DNA from: Alloascoidea hylecoeti
Lineage: Eukaryota
DNA length: 64,000 bases
Assembly (NCBI GenBank): GCA_001600815.1
Contig: BCKZ01000013.1
Location: forward strand, 459,621-523,620
Direction: 5' to 3'
In this document: positions 43,622-58,706 of the stretch, piece after piece
Numbering within the stretch: the first letter of the stretch is position 1
Layout of the letters: each line of letters opens with the position of its first letter
Program-made: the position numbers and the translations under genes
Notes under the pieces: model-generated
The model's input: only the letters and a program-made list of their open reading frames with translations
The model's database searches: none
What the model was told of the DNA's origin: nothing

Positions 43622-46600
43622 ATGGGAACCGGTCAGATTCACTGGTCAACTGAGCATTTTGAATGTATACACGGGGCAATTGCTCGGATTGCTAGAGATG
43701 CACCGGGGAATAGAGATGCTCAGGTAATGGCTTCATTACCTGGTTTGGTTAGTGAAATTATTGATGATATTCATAATTTATTGGTATCTCCTCCAAAATC
43801 AGATACATCTTTAGAAACTTTGAAAAAAGGTAAGTTCCATTTTTAATTTTATTTTATTGAACAATTAAAACTAATTTATATAATATAATAGGCAATGTTA
43901 CATTTGGAGGTGTTGAATATAAACTGAATGATGATTTTATTAATGCATCTGCTACAATAGCAGGAGAATTGAATATTGACGAATTAGTAGCAGCTGAACT
44001 TCTCCATACTTCTAGTGAAGAAAGTATTAGACAAGGACTCGATTTCGTTCCTTCTGCGATTGCTGCTTTTTACGTTCGACGACAATATATTTTAGGAATA
44101 TTATCATATATCTTAAACGAGGCGACGAAAGTTAATGATGCTTTAAATGGAAATGAGTATATATTAGTTCAACAGATATTGAAAATGATTTTGGGTGAAA
44201 AAAGACAAGGTTCAAAGTTTGTAGAGACTGTTTTTGGATCATTTAAGATCATTCAACAATGTTTAGATGATGTTGCAGAACGCGAGAAAAGAAGTTTATT
44301 ATTAGGAAATACAATAACTCCAGAATTTATACAATTAATGAAATTAAGACGTGATTTTCTATATCAAGAACATGAATATTTGGGTGAAATTTTATTTGGT
44401 CTTGTTAAATGTGATACAATCACAGAGAAACAATTTATATCATTAACAGAACAATTTATATCTATGGAGACAAAGAATCCACTTATAATTCATTTATTAC
44501 CTGCTTTAATCGGATATACTTCATTAATTGATCCAAACTTTACAATACTACCTGAAGTTAGACATTCAACAGCAATAATAAACAATATTCGGAAAAGAGT
44601 TACTTCTTGGTTACCAAATGTCGATAATGATGATAAAGCCCAAGATCCAAAGGAACAAGATAAAAGTGCACTGAAATCTGTTATATCATTACTCATTCTT
44701 ACTTTTTATAATGGTGTCTGCAAATCAGATTCCGCCACAAATTCTTCAATAGATTATTCTCAAGATATCTTAATACCAGCTAAAATTGCAGTTGATTGCG
44801 GTGCATTAGAAGCGCTAATGTCATTTGCAGCGGAATCTTCTTCAATAAAAGATACTACACCATTTTATGATTTCAGAGGATTATTACAAACACGAGTTTC
44901 ATATTTTGAACCACCTAGTGGATCAAATACAAAATTAAATTTATCAGATCATTTCTTAGATCATATAGCAACAGTTTTTTCATCATTCTCAGATGCATTT
45001 ATTAGTAATTTTGCAGATCTATTAATGGAAATGCATTTAACAGAAGAAGATTTTATTTTATCAAATTCAGAAGAGAATTTAGAATTATCCGAAATTGCAT
45101 TAAGTGCTAATTTAGAAAGATTCTTTATGATTGTGAAATATATCTATGCAAATAGACCTCAACTTTCATCTAGATTTTTCTCAGATCCAGAGTCTGATTC
45201 ATATGGATTTTTAATATGGGCATCTCAATCTCAAACACCACCTTTAGTGAATGCAACTTTTAGTGAAATGTTAGCTGCCTTGGCGTGTAATTCGGATAAT
45301 AGTTTAGCTGTTCATTCATTACTTAAAGATGATGGATTATCCAAAGGAAAGAAAAATCGATTCAGTTGGTCTTATATTTTTAATGCTTTTCAATATTATA
45401 TTGACCAATTAAGTACTCCTAATCAGAAAAATGCTTTCGGGTTAGATCAAAGAGGACCATTAGATTCTACTACAAATTCATTATCATTGGTTCATAATAT
45501 CAACGCATATAATAGCACTCCGCAAATGCCAGGTGAACTGGAAGAAGAAGCAGTATATATTATAGCTGGTTATTTATCATTAATAAAGGAAGTCGCATTA
45601 CACAGTGATGAAGCCAAAATTGATCTCTATGACGATGAAGATTTAAAGGTCATGGGATCATTATTTAGTTTCATAGCTTTCCAAACGCCATTAATTGGAG
45701 CTGTTCTACAGGTGATTAAATCATTTGCAAACACAGATTTAATTCAAATCAGAAGACAAATTTGGATTGCATTGGATCTTTGGGTTTTTAATACTAAATT
45801 TGCAGATTCTGATGGTAATTATACTTTAACACCATTATCTCCAAAAGAACAATTTAAATCTGTTTTAAGATCATTACCTGACACACTAGGATTTATTGAA
45901 CTTTTACAAACGTTAATGGAAACCATTAAGTCAAATACAAGTGATAATGAAGCTCAACCATTACAATTACCATTCCCTTATCAACTGGGTAGTAATTATC
46001 GACGTCCTTCAATTTGGCCTTATGTTGAGTTTATCATTACTGAAGTGTTTTATGGTTCCGCAACATTGGAATTTTCATTTTACCAACGACTTTCCATCCA
46101 ATTACCATGCCTTAAATTCATAAAATCATGTCTTGAATGGTTTGATCCAACTTTAATCCAATACTCTTCAGCTGCAGGTATTACATTGGATGCAATCATT
46201 GAAGAAAAAAGTTTTGCAAATTATGTTAGAGAACATCCATGTGTACCTGCTATAAACTTTTTATCAGATAATAAAATATATGAAATTTTATTTGATATTG
46301 CATCTACAGGTATTGATGTTTTAACTGAAGCAAATTCTAAAGATTTATCAGAATGTGTTTATTCAACACTTTCAATAATTTCAGATATTTTAAGTCGTGA
46401 AAATACATTTAATGATATTTTTATACCATTATTAAAAAATAATAATCCAAATTCAAATGTTGTTGATCATAGTAAGAATCAATCATTAAGTTTATCATTA
46501 TCAGATATGAAAAGTTCAGAATCATCTAATAATGGTGATAATTATTCATATTTTACAAATTTAGGATATCATGGATTACGTTCATTTGAGGATGCCATTT

Positions 46601-49077
46601 TATTTAATTTACCAATTATTTCTCATATTTTCCTATATGTTGCTTTACAAGATACAAGAATTGTTAATACTTGTTTATCAATTGTTCAAACATTTTCAAA
46701 AGCACCACAATTTGTTTCAATTAAAAGACATGATAGTGATAAATTAATTAGAAGGAATAGATTATTAACTTCATTAGAAACGGTTGATGAAAGCATTAGA
46801 ATTAAATTAGCATTTATTGAACAATTAGAAAGGAGTATGGCTGATCCAGAAGTCGATAATCCAGAAGAGTTATTTCAAATTAAATTAAAATTATTACAGT
46901 ATATCGTTAATAATCTGTCTTCTTCATCAACTGCTCCAATTTCATTATTTCTGTTAGGTTTTACTTTACAAGATGGTACAGTAAGTCTTGGTAAAGAACA
47001 GGGTGAAATTTTATCACCTGTTTCATTATTTAAGAGTATTCTTAATGTAATTGATTCAAGCTTATCTATTATTTCAGATGGTTATTCAATTGATAACGAT
47101 GCTTCACAGCTACTATCACTATGTACTGAAATCATTTTATTATTATGCCGAAACCCATTAAGTTCAAATGTTGTACTTGATCATTTAAGAGAATTTGGAT
47201 TCTTTTTAACATTCCTAGATCGTGAAGTTTCGGTTGATATGTCTACAAATTGGAATGGATCTAAATTCACACCAAAAAATGATAAATTTATTCTATCGGA
47301 TAGTATGAAATCAATGATTTCATTCTTTCAGCAACGATCATATTTACTAAAATATTTTTCAATGGAGCTACATACAAGTTCAGACAAAGGATCATTATTG
47401 CTAACCTCTAAATACATTGATTCATTAGCAAGTTTAAAGAACAATTTAAGAGCACCGAGAGTATTAGCATTCTTAGATTGTTTGGAATTTATAGCCAGAG
47501 AAAATGCAATACTTCCAAAATTAACTTATCTCAATACAATTGATTTCGAATATGTTTTAAGAAGAATTGAATCCGGTGAAGAAGAGGTCGATAATATTCT
47601 GGATACAGTTATCGATTTTAGAATTAGGGAATTAATGCTCACAAATGTAATTTCTAAAGGCAGTGATGATGAAAAAGCATTACAGGGCGAGACAATTCAA
47701 GTTAAGACTATAATTAAGAGGTATTTGGTACAAAAAAAATTCAATGCTGTTCAATTAGATTGTTTACATTCTTGGGTCCAACTGGTGCTTATTATAGTCA
47801 GTGATGGAACAATGAAACCACATGAACGGTCAAATTTCATTCTAGAGACCTTTCAATTGACGGTTCCTAAATTGATTGATTATCCTGGTATTGACCCAGC
47901 ATATGCTGAAGAATTAGCATCGTTGTGTGTTTCATTGTTTGATCTATATCAACATGATCAGGAAGCAGTGATGAAAGAAGCGAAGGGAACTTTATTGAAA
48001 GTTAGTTATGATAGATTACACCCCCTCTTCAGAGCATCTTTAGCTGCTATTTTGACACCATTGGCATCACCACAATTACGAAGCGACCTTTACACTTTAT
48101 GTAATAAATACTTGAAATGGCTATTATTTCGTGGAGAAACAAATACCAATGAAGCAGCAAAACAGGTGATTCCATTTATTCGATCCTCCGGTGATAAACT
48201 ACTTGATGTTATATGTAATGATGCTATATCCGGTGAAGGATCTACACGAATCATGTCTTTATTATTCTTAGAAACATTAAGTAGACTTTCTCAGCAAGCA
48301 GGCACAAATTTTATCTTGGATGGCTTGCTTCGCTATAATTTATTACTGTTATTGGTTAGATCTATTAAAAGAACGGATGAGGCCATTTATTCATGTGTTG
48401 ATTCTTCGGTTCACAATTTAAGTAGCTCATCCATTACACATCCAATGAGTTTGACTTCCACGAATAAATTAAGCTTAGATGATATTCTTTACGAGGTCAC
48501 AGCATTTAAGTCAATTGTTTATCTATTGATAAGGATTGCACAAACCAAAGTTGGTGCAACACAGATCATTCAATGTGATTTTTTTAAAATTCTAAATAGT
48601 TTATTTTTCATTAGCATTGATCCGGATTTAGGTATTGAGCTATCATTTAGCGAATCAAGCTCTTCAAATAATGAAAGATCCAGATTAACCATCAGTTTAC
48701 AAACATATGGTAATAGCATTGATTCAATCTCACTGTATGAATTGCTAATACCTATTTTTCAACTGATAACTACAATTTTATTAACTATGGGACCAGATAA
48801 TAAACCGGTTATTATTACTATAAAACAATTCTTAAGGGAAATCCATAGACTCATTGGATCAGTTTTAAAAAGTGATGTTCTAGCTTCAAAGGCATCTTCT
48901 AAAAAACAGCGAAGTTTCGGAAAAGATATAAATACGAGATTACAAAGGAATCCAAAATTAATCAAAAGTGCTAAGAGTAGTGAAGGGAAGGAAATTGAGG
49001 AGGATGATTCTCAAACGTTAGTCAAGTTGATTGTTGTATTGATGACATTAACAGACTACGAAATCGCAGAAATTTAA
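43622..49077 (+). CDS. NUP192: Nucleoporin Nup192/Nup205; exons 43622-43829 and 43892-49077
   Basis: 62-nt intron (GTAAGT..ACTAAT..TAG) joins the two ORFs in frame. EYKLNDDF, LNIDELVAAELL, FPYQLGSNYRRPSIWPYVEF, IDPDLGIEL; size about 1800 aa. Confidence 0.88.
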
Positions 49078-49940
49078 AAGATAGTAAATAATACCAAATA
49101 TATAACCTTACAAATGGGTACGTTATAATTATAAGAGTAGAATTAATGTTTACAACCATTTTTGATCACCCTTCTATAAAGCGTATAACCCGTAGACTTT
49201 TTTTTCTCCACGGCCACAAACAATGGCAAAATCTAAAAGACACGTTAGAGCAAGAGACGTGAAAGTGATGATACTTAAAAGCAATAGAATTCGTCTTGAG
49301 ACCAATACGCCAACCAGACTAATTACAAGCAATCTGCGGTTGACCTCGTAGACCGAATATATGTTAGTGGACAATTCGTATCAGATCAGCAGCTAAAGAA
49401 GTATACAAACGATGAAGAAATTCAGCTAACTAATGTGTCATTTTATTGTTACGAAAACAAAGGGTGGTGGCCGACAAAGAAGTTGAAAGGACTACTTCAT
49501 TGTTTCTTAGATAAGTTGATATAAGGGTATGATGACCAGAATGAGTATAAGATCTTTTTTATATACTTTCCAGTTATAATTAAGACTTCTAAACTATTTA
49601 ACTAATGGAATTTTTTTTTAACTTTACTTATAATCTCCGATTAAAATATCTAAATAATTTAAATCTTCTGACTAGAAACTATTGAGGAAATCATTCCAAG
49701 AGTATAAAACCTTGAGCTTTTCTTTTAACTTTTTCAATTGAATTATATCTAAGGAAATCTCTACTTTACATAGTGAAATAAAAACCTTAAAAGTAATTTT
49801 TTAGATTCTTTTACTTTTTCAAAATTTAGATATTAGAATCCCCTTTCTCTTTCATTTTCTCTTTCATTTTCTCTTCAAAAAATAATAATAACTAACAAGT
49901 AAAATAATTTAATGTGTACTTTTCAAGAAGATAATTATTA

Positions 49941-50012
49941 GGATGATTAGTGTAGTGGTTATCATACTTGCCTTCCAAGCAAGTGACAGGGGTTCGATTC
50001 TCCTATCATTCA
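49941..50012 (+). tRNA. tRNA-Gly (anticodon UCC), intronless
   Basis: Acceptor ggatgat/atcattc, A box tagtgtagtgg, anticodon arm cttgc-ctTCCaa-gcaag, T loop ggttcgattc, followed by a T-run. Confidence 0.96.
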
Positions 50013-51380
50013 TTTTTCGAACTCTTCGTTTTTTGAAATCTCGGGCATTGACCCCTTCATTCTCCGGCAATCTAATAGAAAATATCAGAGAAGATACTAT
50101 CAACAGGAGAATAGTTTATCAGCATCTCAATAGTAAAATGATTGAAATAGACTCCACAAAGCTTCGTTCTGAATCACTTAGGTGCTATGGACAAAAAAAG
50201 AAAAATAGGAAGATGTATACATATGACATCCTTTATTCGTATTAATTGAGTAAGAAGTTGGAAATGGTGGCAATAATACTATAAAAAGTAACAACATTAC
50301 TCAAAAAAGAGTGAACATCTAACACTAATAAAAGGGATTTTTGCCTAGTAATAGGTCTTTTTATTTTCACAAATTTTTGGTTGTTATAAATATAGTATTT
50401 ATAGATAAAGCATAGAGCCTTAATGGCCACTTAAAAAAAAAAAATAATGGTAAATTAGACAAATGTATCCTATGCTTACAAAACGGTACTGAAACGGAAG
50501 AACATGCCTTTAACAGTTGCCCAATAAAAACTATAGTATTTAACTCGCTTATTGGAAAAGATCTATGCTTGAATGATTTGATTTGTCCATACTTGGAGGA
50601 TTCTCAGTTTATAAAACAGATAAGCCTTAGTGTGGAGGTAATATGGCAAATATGGGTCCTTAGGCGTTTTAGTTCTATTGATTTATAGATTGGCTAGTAC
50701 CGGTATAATTTATAATAAAATGATTAGGTAAGAAAGAAAATCTGACATCCCGTTTGTAAATATAAATGAACCGTATAATTAGACTCAACAAACAAAGAAA
50801 TCTTAACTGCAGTGAAAGCTGACATTAAAAGATTCAGCAATCAATATATAATCAGATTAAACAAATTTATGACATATTCTTAAATATAACAATCAACAAA
50901 ATTAACTTTCTATAAATAAAATTTAATAGTCTAGCTTAAATTGAAAAAAAAAAATGTTCTTCGCCCATAAAATGATTTCCTTTCCAAAAAGTCCCCCCTA
51001 AGCCTTAGAGCTTTAATGGTCACTTGAAAAAAAGAAGAAAAAAAACTTGAATATGTTATTGAGAGAAACAATATCATCGTGATCATTAGCCTACCTTCTA
51101 ATCGGGTAATGTCGGTCGATTCAACACATTCTCATTATGATGGACATCATTGAATAAATATTCTTTCATTTTGTATCTTAAATACTGTTTTTACCGATAG
51201 GAATATAAAGTTATCGCTGATTTGTGTGCCGGTAACATACTAAACGAATTTGTCTTGTGACTCTAAATTTATAAAAACATATACTTATAACGTGTAGAAA
51301 TCTACACAATAAATTAACCCATAAAATAGATGTAAATATCATAAATTTTTGATAATATTTATAAAAGATTTAGTGTATCA

Positions 51381-54132
51381 TTAAAAAACTAATGGATCCA
51401 TATTTTTTTCTGCCAAAATATCATTAAATAATTTCCCGGTTCTCCAAACTTCTTTCATAATTTCAACAGCTCTTGATGCAACAATCATACCTCTTTTATG
51501 TAAACCAACCATTCTATTACATATTGTTTTTCTTTTATTTAAATCTAATAATTCACAACCAGCGGTTACAATCGGTAACATCAAAGAACCTTCAGCACTT
51601 GATCCACTAGGTATTTGACCAATTACTGAATCAATTATTAAATTTGAAGAAAATTGAACTTCAGGTGATGTTTTTGATAAATCAAGTACACGACGATATA
51701 AATGAATTAAAGCACAATGACAAAAACAAATATTTGTAATTCTTAATTGATTATAATAATCTTCAGTGTTAATACTATTTCTGGGTGATGAAAATTTATA
51801 TAATTTTCGATGAGATGCAAATAATCGATGTCTTTTTTCACTTGTTTTATGAGAATCAATTAATATTTGTTTTAAATTTGATGCTTGTTGTTGTAAAGCA
51901 GCTAATCTTAAGAAATAGTCATCTTTATTTAATATATTCGTTTCCTCTTGATATCTTAATAATCCACGTTTTTTAATTAAGTCGCAAACTTGAGAGAATA
52001 AAGGTAACATATGAATATCAAAACCTGTCAAAAAATCCACATGAAAGTTTGAATCTGAATGATTATTATTAATAGTTGTATGATCATGTATTAAACCAAT
52101 TGATGTATTTGATATTAGTGAAAATTTATCTGAATAGTTATTAATATTAGTATGATGGTTATTATTGCCAATAGGAGTAGAAAATCCAGATAATAAATGT
52201 TTAAAATCAAAATCCAATTCATAGTCATATGAATTACCATCAGTATCAAATAATTGATTATTTTGAACATAATTCCAAAATGATTCATGTTCAACATCCA
52301 TTTGATAAGATAATAAATCAGAACTTTTTTGTTGTTGATTATGGTTAGTTGCTTCAATTGGTATTGCTGTTAAATTATTATTATTCTCATCTGCTTCAAC
52401 TGTAAATGAACATAAATTTTTAGAATCTGATAATTTATAACGAAAATTAATATCTCCCATGTTATTTAAAACTTTATAAGATTTTGAAATTAAATTGTTG
52501 TTATTAACATGTTTATCATTACTATTAGCTTCTGTATATTCTAAATTTGATTTTGTTTTTAGTTCTAATTCAATATCGTTGGATGAAGATGAATATGAGT
52601 ATGATCTACTCCCCATCTCAGCTAACGTATCAATATAAGCCAACCAACGAATCAAAAAATATGAATTATCACTTTCAGTAGAATTAATAGTATTTGAGGT
52701 ATTCGATTTTTGTTGCTTATTATAACTATCATTACTAACATTTGAATCGGTATTAAGCATTGTAATACTAAATGTTCTTCTAGCTAAACCTCTTGCTAAA
52801 ATGATTTTCTTAGCACCAGTTAAATGATTTTTCCAAGAATCTTCAGTTTCAACATTAAAAATATTTGGAGATGAAGCAGCTATTGACGGAAAAGTAATGG
52901 TTCTTGAACATAACATGATTGCAGTTGCTAAAGTTGTATCACCATCTTTTGTTTCATTATCTGTTAAAGCTTTTAAAAAACCTGAAAAAGTTATTGATAA
53001 TAAAGATTTCATTAATTTTGAAGATAATCTTTCACCAGTAAGACAAAATCTATGATCAGCAGAATAAATTAATAATAAAGACAATAAATGAGGAGAAGTG
53101 AAAGCCATTCTTGGTAATAACATTTTAAATGGATTATTATGATATAATTCAGGTGTTGGTACCAAGATATTAACAGTTTTATCATAATAAAATTCTAAAA
53201 GTTTTAAATATATTGGATTTTCAAATAATAATTCAGGTAAAGGAGATAATTCTTTTGGTATTGAATAAAATAATTGATTTATATCTGGTGTGTTTTGATA
53301 AGATAAAAAATCTAATGGATCATAATTATAAGAGTTATTAATGGTTTGAAGCGATATTTGATTTTGTTGTATTGCTCCTTCCAAATAATGATCTTCATCT
53401 TCAACATGTGAGACATCATTATAATTAATACCTTCATCTTCAGTACGTGGTGGATTAATATTTAGATGTTCATGTTCAATATGTGAAAATTTAATATTGC
53501 TGGATGGGTCGATTCCAAAAGACTGTTGTAAATCGTTTATCAATAATTCGGAGTTAAAGTTTTTAATTTCAAGATTAAGATGTGAAACCGGAGGTGGTGA
53601 CTCTAAGTAACTTGTCGGAAAATGAAGAGGTTCTGTCATTGCACAATTTTGGCCCATTAGATCTGCTTCATCTTGACGAACAAATAGAGCATTATTCGGG
53701 ACATGTTTTTCAATATCCGTTGTGTCGGATCGTGTCGGTGTTGATTTTAAGGGTTTCCTTGAAATTGTTGTAAGTGTTGTAGATTTTTTTGGTTTGACAT
53801 CTGAATAGTCAATAAACATTAAAGAGCTGTTTATTTCAACAGGTTTATAATTCTCCAATTTATTAAATTTCTTTAGAGGATCCTTATCAATCCTTGGGTT
53901 TTTATAAGGTCTTCCACCCCAGCTAAGCCTTAAGGTGTAATCACATTCGCTTCTTGTCTTCAAACAATTTGAACAAGAAGGTTTCTTCTCGTCACATTTT
54001 ATCTTTAACTTCTTGCCTGACAATGAAATAGATTAGTATTAATTATAAATATAATTATAATTACAAAATCACAGACCACAGGATCACAGAAAACATACAT
54101 TTGTGACATCCGTTTCTACTTCGTTTGGCCAT
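51381..54132 (-). CDS. Zn(II)2Cys6 transcription factor with Fungal_trans_2-type C-terminal domain; exons 54132-54099 and 54016-51381
   Basis: 82-nt intron GTATGT..TACTAAT..CAG gives [57 protein letters not shown] and ALIHLYRRVL motifs. Confidence 0.9.
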
Positions 54133-54477
54133 ATTGTATTTTTTTGATTTTGATTTTGTCCAGAAGTAAATTGTGATAATGAGATTTCTCACAACCCCAC
54201 TTGTAAGGATTAAATATCAAGGAATCAGAATTACTTATCCAAAAGGTCCGATAAATTTTCACCCGAGATAAATAAATGAACGCTAAATTAAGTATAAAAT
54301 ATACCGAGACAGGTGAAATTTAAACTTTGCCTATCATAAATACGTAAAGTATAAGTATAATAAAAGTTCGTTATTTGTAAAATTTAAGTTCGCAACATTT
54401 ACAAGAAGTTGGTAAAACTTTCGTTTTGGAAATTATTTTCACTTTCACATACACCACCTTATTATTTATAATCAGTA

Positions 54478-56502
54478 ATGTTCTGGAAAAAGTGTCCTCT
54501 GACAGCAGGTTCGCGACCTTCTTTGGATGCCTCCATCGACGAATATGACGTTCAGGTCACAAATAAGATCGGTCTTTATCAGAGTAAACACAAAATAGAC
54601 GGCTTTCAAGACGGGAGAGTTTATCTCACATCCAATAAAATATGTTATGTAGATAATACAGAACCAACAAAGCGGTCCATTTACTTGGATTTATCATATA
54701 TTGAGTCTCTAGAATACTATGTAAGCGGTTTGATATTTTTATGACTCTTTGTATTATGAATCTTTGGGACTAATCATTTATTGTAGGGTAGATTCATGAG
54801 ATCATCTCCTAAAATAACACTCATCCTGAAATATCCTGAAGATCCTCAAACCCCTCAGGACTCTCGAGAGTCACAAAATCTTCAGAATCCTCAAAATCAG
54901 TTTCAATCGTCGTCTCAAAGTGAACCGTTAGAAACAACGTGGGCATGTCCCATATGTTACTTTTCAAATACTCTTCCACAAGACTTTAAGTTACAAGCAT
55001 CTTCTCTCCCTCCATGTTCAATGTGCGGGATATCTCCTGATAGAAGTGTCATAGAGCAATCTATTGATCTTATCAAACTTTCAAATAATCAGTATGATTG
55101 TTCTAAAACTGTTCAAACACAATCGCAAACACCATCATCATCACCAGGCAACATGGATTTAATCACACCTACTCAAAAGAAAAAAGAAGAAGGATTTTCA
55201 TGTCCTCGTTGTACTTTTATAAATCATCCTTCTTTGTTAAATTGTGAAATATGTGGTGCAAGATTAATTTCAAATCGTTTACCACCGACATTAGATTTAA
55301 ATCAAACATCAAAATCATTTCTAAAAACAAGCAGTCCAAATTTCAATGATGATGATGATGAAACTTTTATTAAATTACCATCTAATTATAAAAAATTATC
55401 AAAATTAGAAGAATCAACTTTTAAATTAAGTTTTAGAACTGGTGGTGATAAAGCATTTTATGAAAGTTTACAAAAATTATTAAAAAATCGAAAAACTATA
55501 ATTTCAAATAATATTAATAGTAAAGTTAATGGTAATAATTCATCATCTTCTTCATCATCAAAAATATCATCTAATTTTAATAATGAAGATGATGAGTTGA
55601 AGAAGAATTATAATACATCAACTATCGTTTCTGGAATTCATGGATTAGAACTTGTTGGAGAACGTAAAAGAATTCAAAATCAACAGGTGCTTGGTTCATC
55701 ATTAGATGATTTACAATCATTGATGAATAGGGCTAAAGATGTTATTAAATTAGCTGAATCATTCGCAAATTTAGTAGCCAAACAACAAGAACAGCAGCAA
55801 CTTAATAGTAATTCTTCAGATACTTCAAATAATGGATTATCAACATTAAAATCAACTGCTTCTGCATTAGGAATTATAAATTACGCAAGTCATAATTTAA
55901 CTACATCAGTAATAACGAAGGATATATCATCATCAGATGAGATTTATTATTCTGAATTAGCACGAGAAATATCAACATTTTTAACAAAATCAAATACAAA
56001 TACAAATAATAATTCAAAATCAATATTATCACAACAAGGTGGTATAATAACATTAATTGATTTATATGCAATTTATAATAGAGCAAGAGGTATTAATTTA
56101 ATATCACCAACAGAACTTTATCATTCATGTTTAGAATTAAATAAATTAAATTTACCAATAAAATTAAAAAAATATTCAAGTGGTGTTTATGTTATACAAG
56201 AATCATATCAAACTGATTTAGTTATAATTAAAAATATAAAAATATTTTTAAAAAAATTAGCAAATCAACAACAAGAACAACAATTCAATGGAAATGGAAA
56301 CGGAGATGGAAATTCAATTCCTTTCGAATCAAATGTTGAATTTGGATCGGGCGCAACGGCTTTAGAGATAAGTAATCATTTTAAATGGAGTATCGGGGTT
56401 ACTATGGAAGAATTGGATATGGGAGTAGAAATGGGGAAATTATGTATTGATGAACAATTAAGTGGAACGAAATATTACCAAAACTTTATATTATCTAACT
56501 AA
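54478..56502 (+). CDS. VPS36: ESCRT-II subunit Vps36; exons 54478-54720 and 54787-56502
   Basis: Split GLUE domain (GRVYLTSNKICY; KLSFRTGG), two NZF fingers (WACPIC, CPRCTFINHPSLLNCEICG), LIDLYAIYNRARG. 66-nt intron GTAAGC..ACTAAT..TAG. Confidence 0.95.
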
Positions 56503-56588
56503 TATATAATACTATACCGGTATAATGTTTTAAAAATTATTAAATTATTTATAATAATACAAATATAAATATAAAAATTTCTATTTAT

Positions 56589-58706
56589 TTATTTTTCAAT
56601 AGGAATTTTTACAGAATTACTATTTAAAACTACAAAATTTAAATCTTCATCAACTATTATTAAATTATTTTTACAATTTAATTCTTTATTCCAATTATGA
56701 AATTTAATACCTTTACTTTTATCCTTTTCAATATTATATAAAAATAAATAATCGGATTTAAGTTTAAACCAATGTGCTCTAGTATTTGATATTGCATGAT
56801 AATTTATAAGTATTGCAATTGTATTACCCCAAAAATATGATTTAACAGAAATACCAGGTTCTAAAACTTCTAATAATGATATATCAATATCAATATCAAA
56901 ATCATTAACGATATCATTATAATTAATTAGTTGTTCATCATCAATATTTGGAGTTTCAAATATAAGGTTCCATCCATAACATGTATTAATTTGAGAATTT
57001 GTTGATGATAATAACGATTTATAGATATATTTATTGTGTAAATTTTGATTATTTTTAAAATTTTTATAAATTGTATTAACATTAATTAATTTATCATTTT
57101 TATCAAGTTGATATAAAAATGATTCTAATGACATTGATAATAATTGCCATCTTGAATGTAATGATTTAGTAATTTTACCAAAATATAATTGAAGAAATAC
57201 TTCTGTTCCATGAATATGTAAAGGACCCGTACGATATTTATCATTAATAGGAATATGCATATTTGGTGAATCTTCTTCAAATTCAGATAATGTATAATCA
57301 TTATCAAGCTCAACATTTGGTTCACTGGGCATTTGAAAGCATCCATAATAATATCCTGTACTTATATCAAAAATATGCCATGAATATGATAATTCTTCAT
57401 CACAAATTCTTATTGGTACTAGTATAAGATTTTCAGAAACTTGAATCTTTTGTGGAGATGCTAAAATTATAGCAAATTGTTTACAAGTAAGTTCAACCTT
57501 CCAAATTAATTTTGATTTTAATTGTTCATCAATAATATAACAACTTAATAAAAGTGTCATATCAGGGAATGAACTATCATCTTTTGATAATGAAATAAAA
57601 TATTTATCATTAACTGCCGTCCATTCATAAAATTCTTGTAATTTTTCACAAAGTTGAGTTTCTTTTAAATTTTCAAAAACATCTACTGTTACAGGCTCTT
57701 CATATCTACTTTTCTGATTGGTGTCATTATAATTGTCTTGAGATAACCTTCTTCTTTTTGTACTTGTTGAACTTGTACTTGTAGTATCATCATTTTCAAA
57801 AAGTGGGAATTTCCATTGTTGTTGAACATTGTCAATTATATCAATATTTTTCCAGTCAATTTTATCTAATGGTAAAGAGATTTGTGTTATTTCTTTTGGT
57901 AGTGATGCAATTACTTCATTTGATTTTCTTAATTTAAAAACTTCTCTACCATTTGGTCTTGCATAATCATCATTAAAAGGAATGAATTGAATTAAATGTT
58001 GATCATTATCATCTGAATTATTATTAATATTTGAATTCTCATTTAAATCCCACTTGCAATCAATTACACTCATTTCTAAATTCGTTACACCACTAATATT
58101 CAAAAAAGCATCTAAATTATATGGACTAATATAGGCTGCTTTTAATTTATTAATTTTACCTTTTAAATTATTTGAAGAAATTTCTTTAAAACTTATGTTC
58201 TTTTTAAATAAATTTGAATCATTATAATCAATTAATGTTGATGTTGTTAAACTAGTCAAACTTGGTAAAGATTTTGCTCTTAAATTTCTTTTAATATTTT
58301 TATATTTTTTTTTTAATTGATTTAAAGAAAGATTTTTATTTTGGAATAATTTGTAACTTATTACCATATCAAAATTTGGAATTTGGTATTGTTGAAATAT
58401 TGTTGCACATGATAAGCAAAAATGATAAGAATCAATTAATGATAAATAATCATTAACTAAAAGATTTATTATATCTACCGGTAAATCTATAATTGTCATT
58501 CCAATAGTTGAATAAGAATTTGTAATAAATGTACTGAAGTTAGTACTGATATCGTTGTCGATTTTATAATTCATTTTAAAATGATTGTTGTGATTAAAAT
58601 TAGTATAGGTGATGTCTTTGTCTTTATCTTTCTCTTTGCCTTTGCCTTTGTCTTTCATCATGCACTGAGTATGAGGTGAAACAACAGTATCCATATCCTT
58701 GGTCAT
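56589..58706 (-). CDS. F-box domain protein
   Basis: IIDLPVDIINLLVNDYLSLIDSYHFCLSC near the N-terminus of a 705-aa ORF. Confidence 0.7.
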   Translation of the reverse strand: MTKDMDTVVSPHTQCMMKDKGKGKEKDKDKDITYTNFNHNNHFKMNYKIDNDISTNFSTFITNSYSTIGMTIIDLPVDIINLLVNDYLSLIDSYHFCLSCATIFQQYQIPNFDMVISYKLFQNKNLSLNQLKKKYKNIKRNLRAKSLPSLTSLTTSTLIDYNDSNLFKKNISFKEISSNNLKGKINKLKAAYISPYNLDAFLNISGVTNLEMSVIDCKWDLNENSNINNNSDDNDQHLIQFIPFNDDYARPNGREVFKLRKSNEVIASLPKEITQISLPLDKIDWKNIDIIDNVQQQWKFPLFENDDTTSTSSTSTKRRRLSQDNYNDTNQKSRYEEPVTVDVFENLKETQLCEKLQEFYEWTAVNDKYFISLSKDDSSFPDMTLLLSCYIIDEQLKSKLIWKVELTCKQFAIILASPQKIQVSENLILVPIRICDEELSYSWHIFDISTGYYYGCFQMPSEPNVELDNDYTLSEFEEDSPNMHIPINDKYRTGPLHIHGTEVFLQLYFGKITKSLHSRWQLLSMSLESFLYQLDKNDKLINVNTIYKNFKNNQNLHNKYIYKSLLSSTNSQINTCYGWNLIFETPNIDDEQLINYNDIVNDFDIDIDISLLEVLEPGISVKSYFWGNTIAILINYHAISNTRAHWFKLKSDYLFLYNIEKDKSKGIKFHNWNKELNCKNNLIIVDEDLNFVVLNSNSVKIPIEK

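Noticed and set aside
49909..50245. ORFs overlapping tRNA-Gly
   Set aside because: Incidental frames over the tRNA gene.
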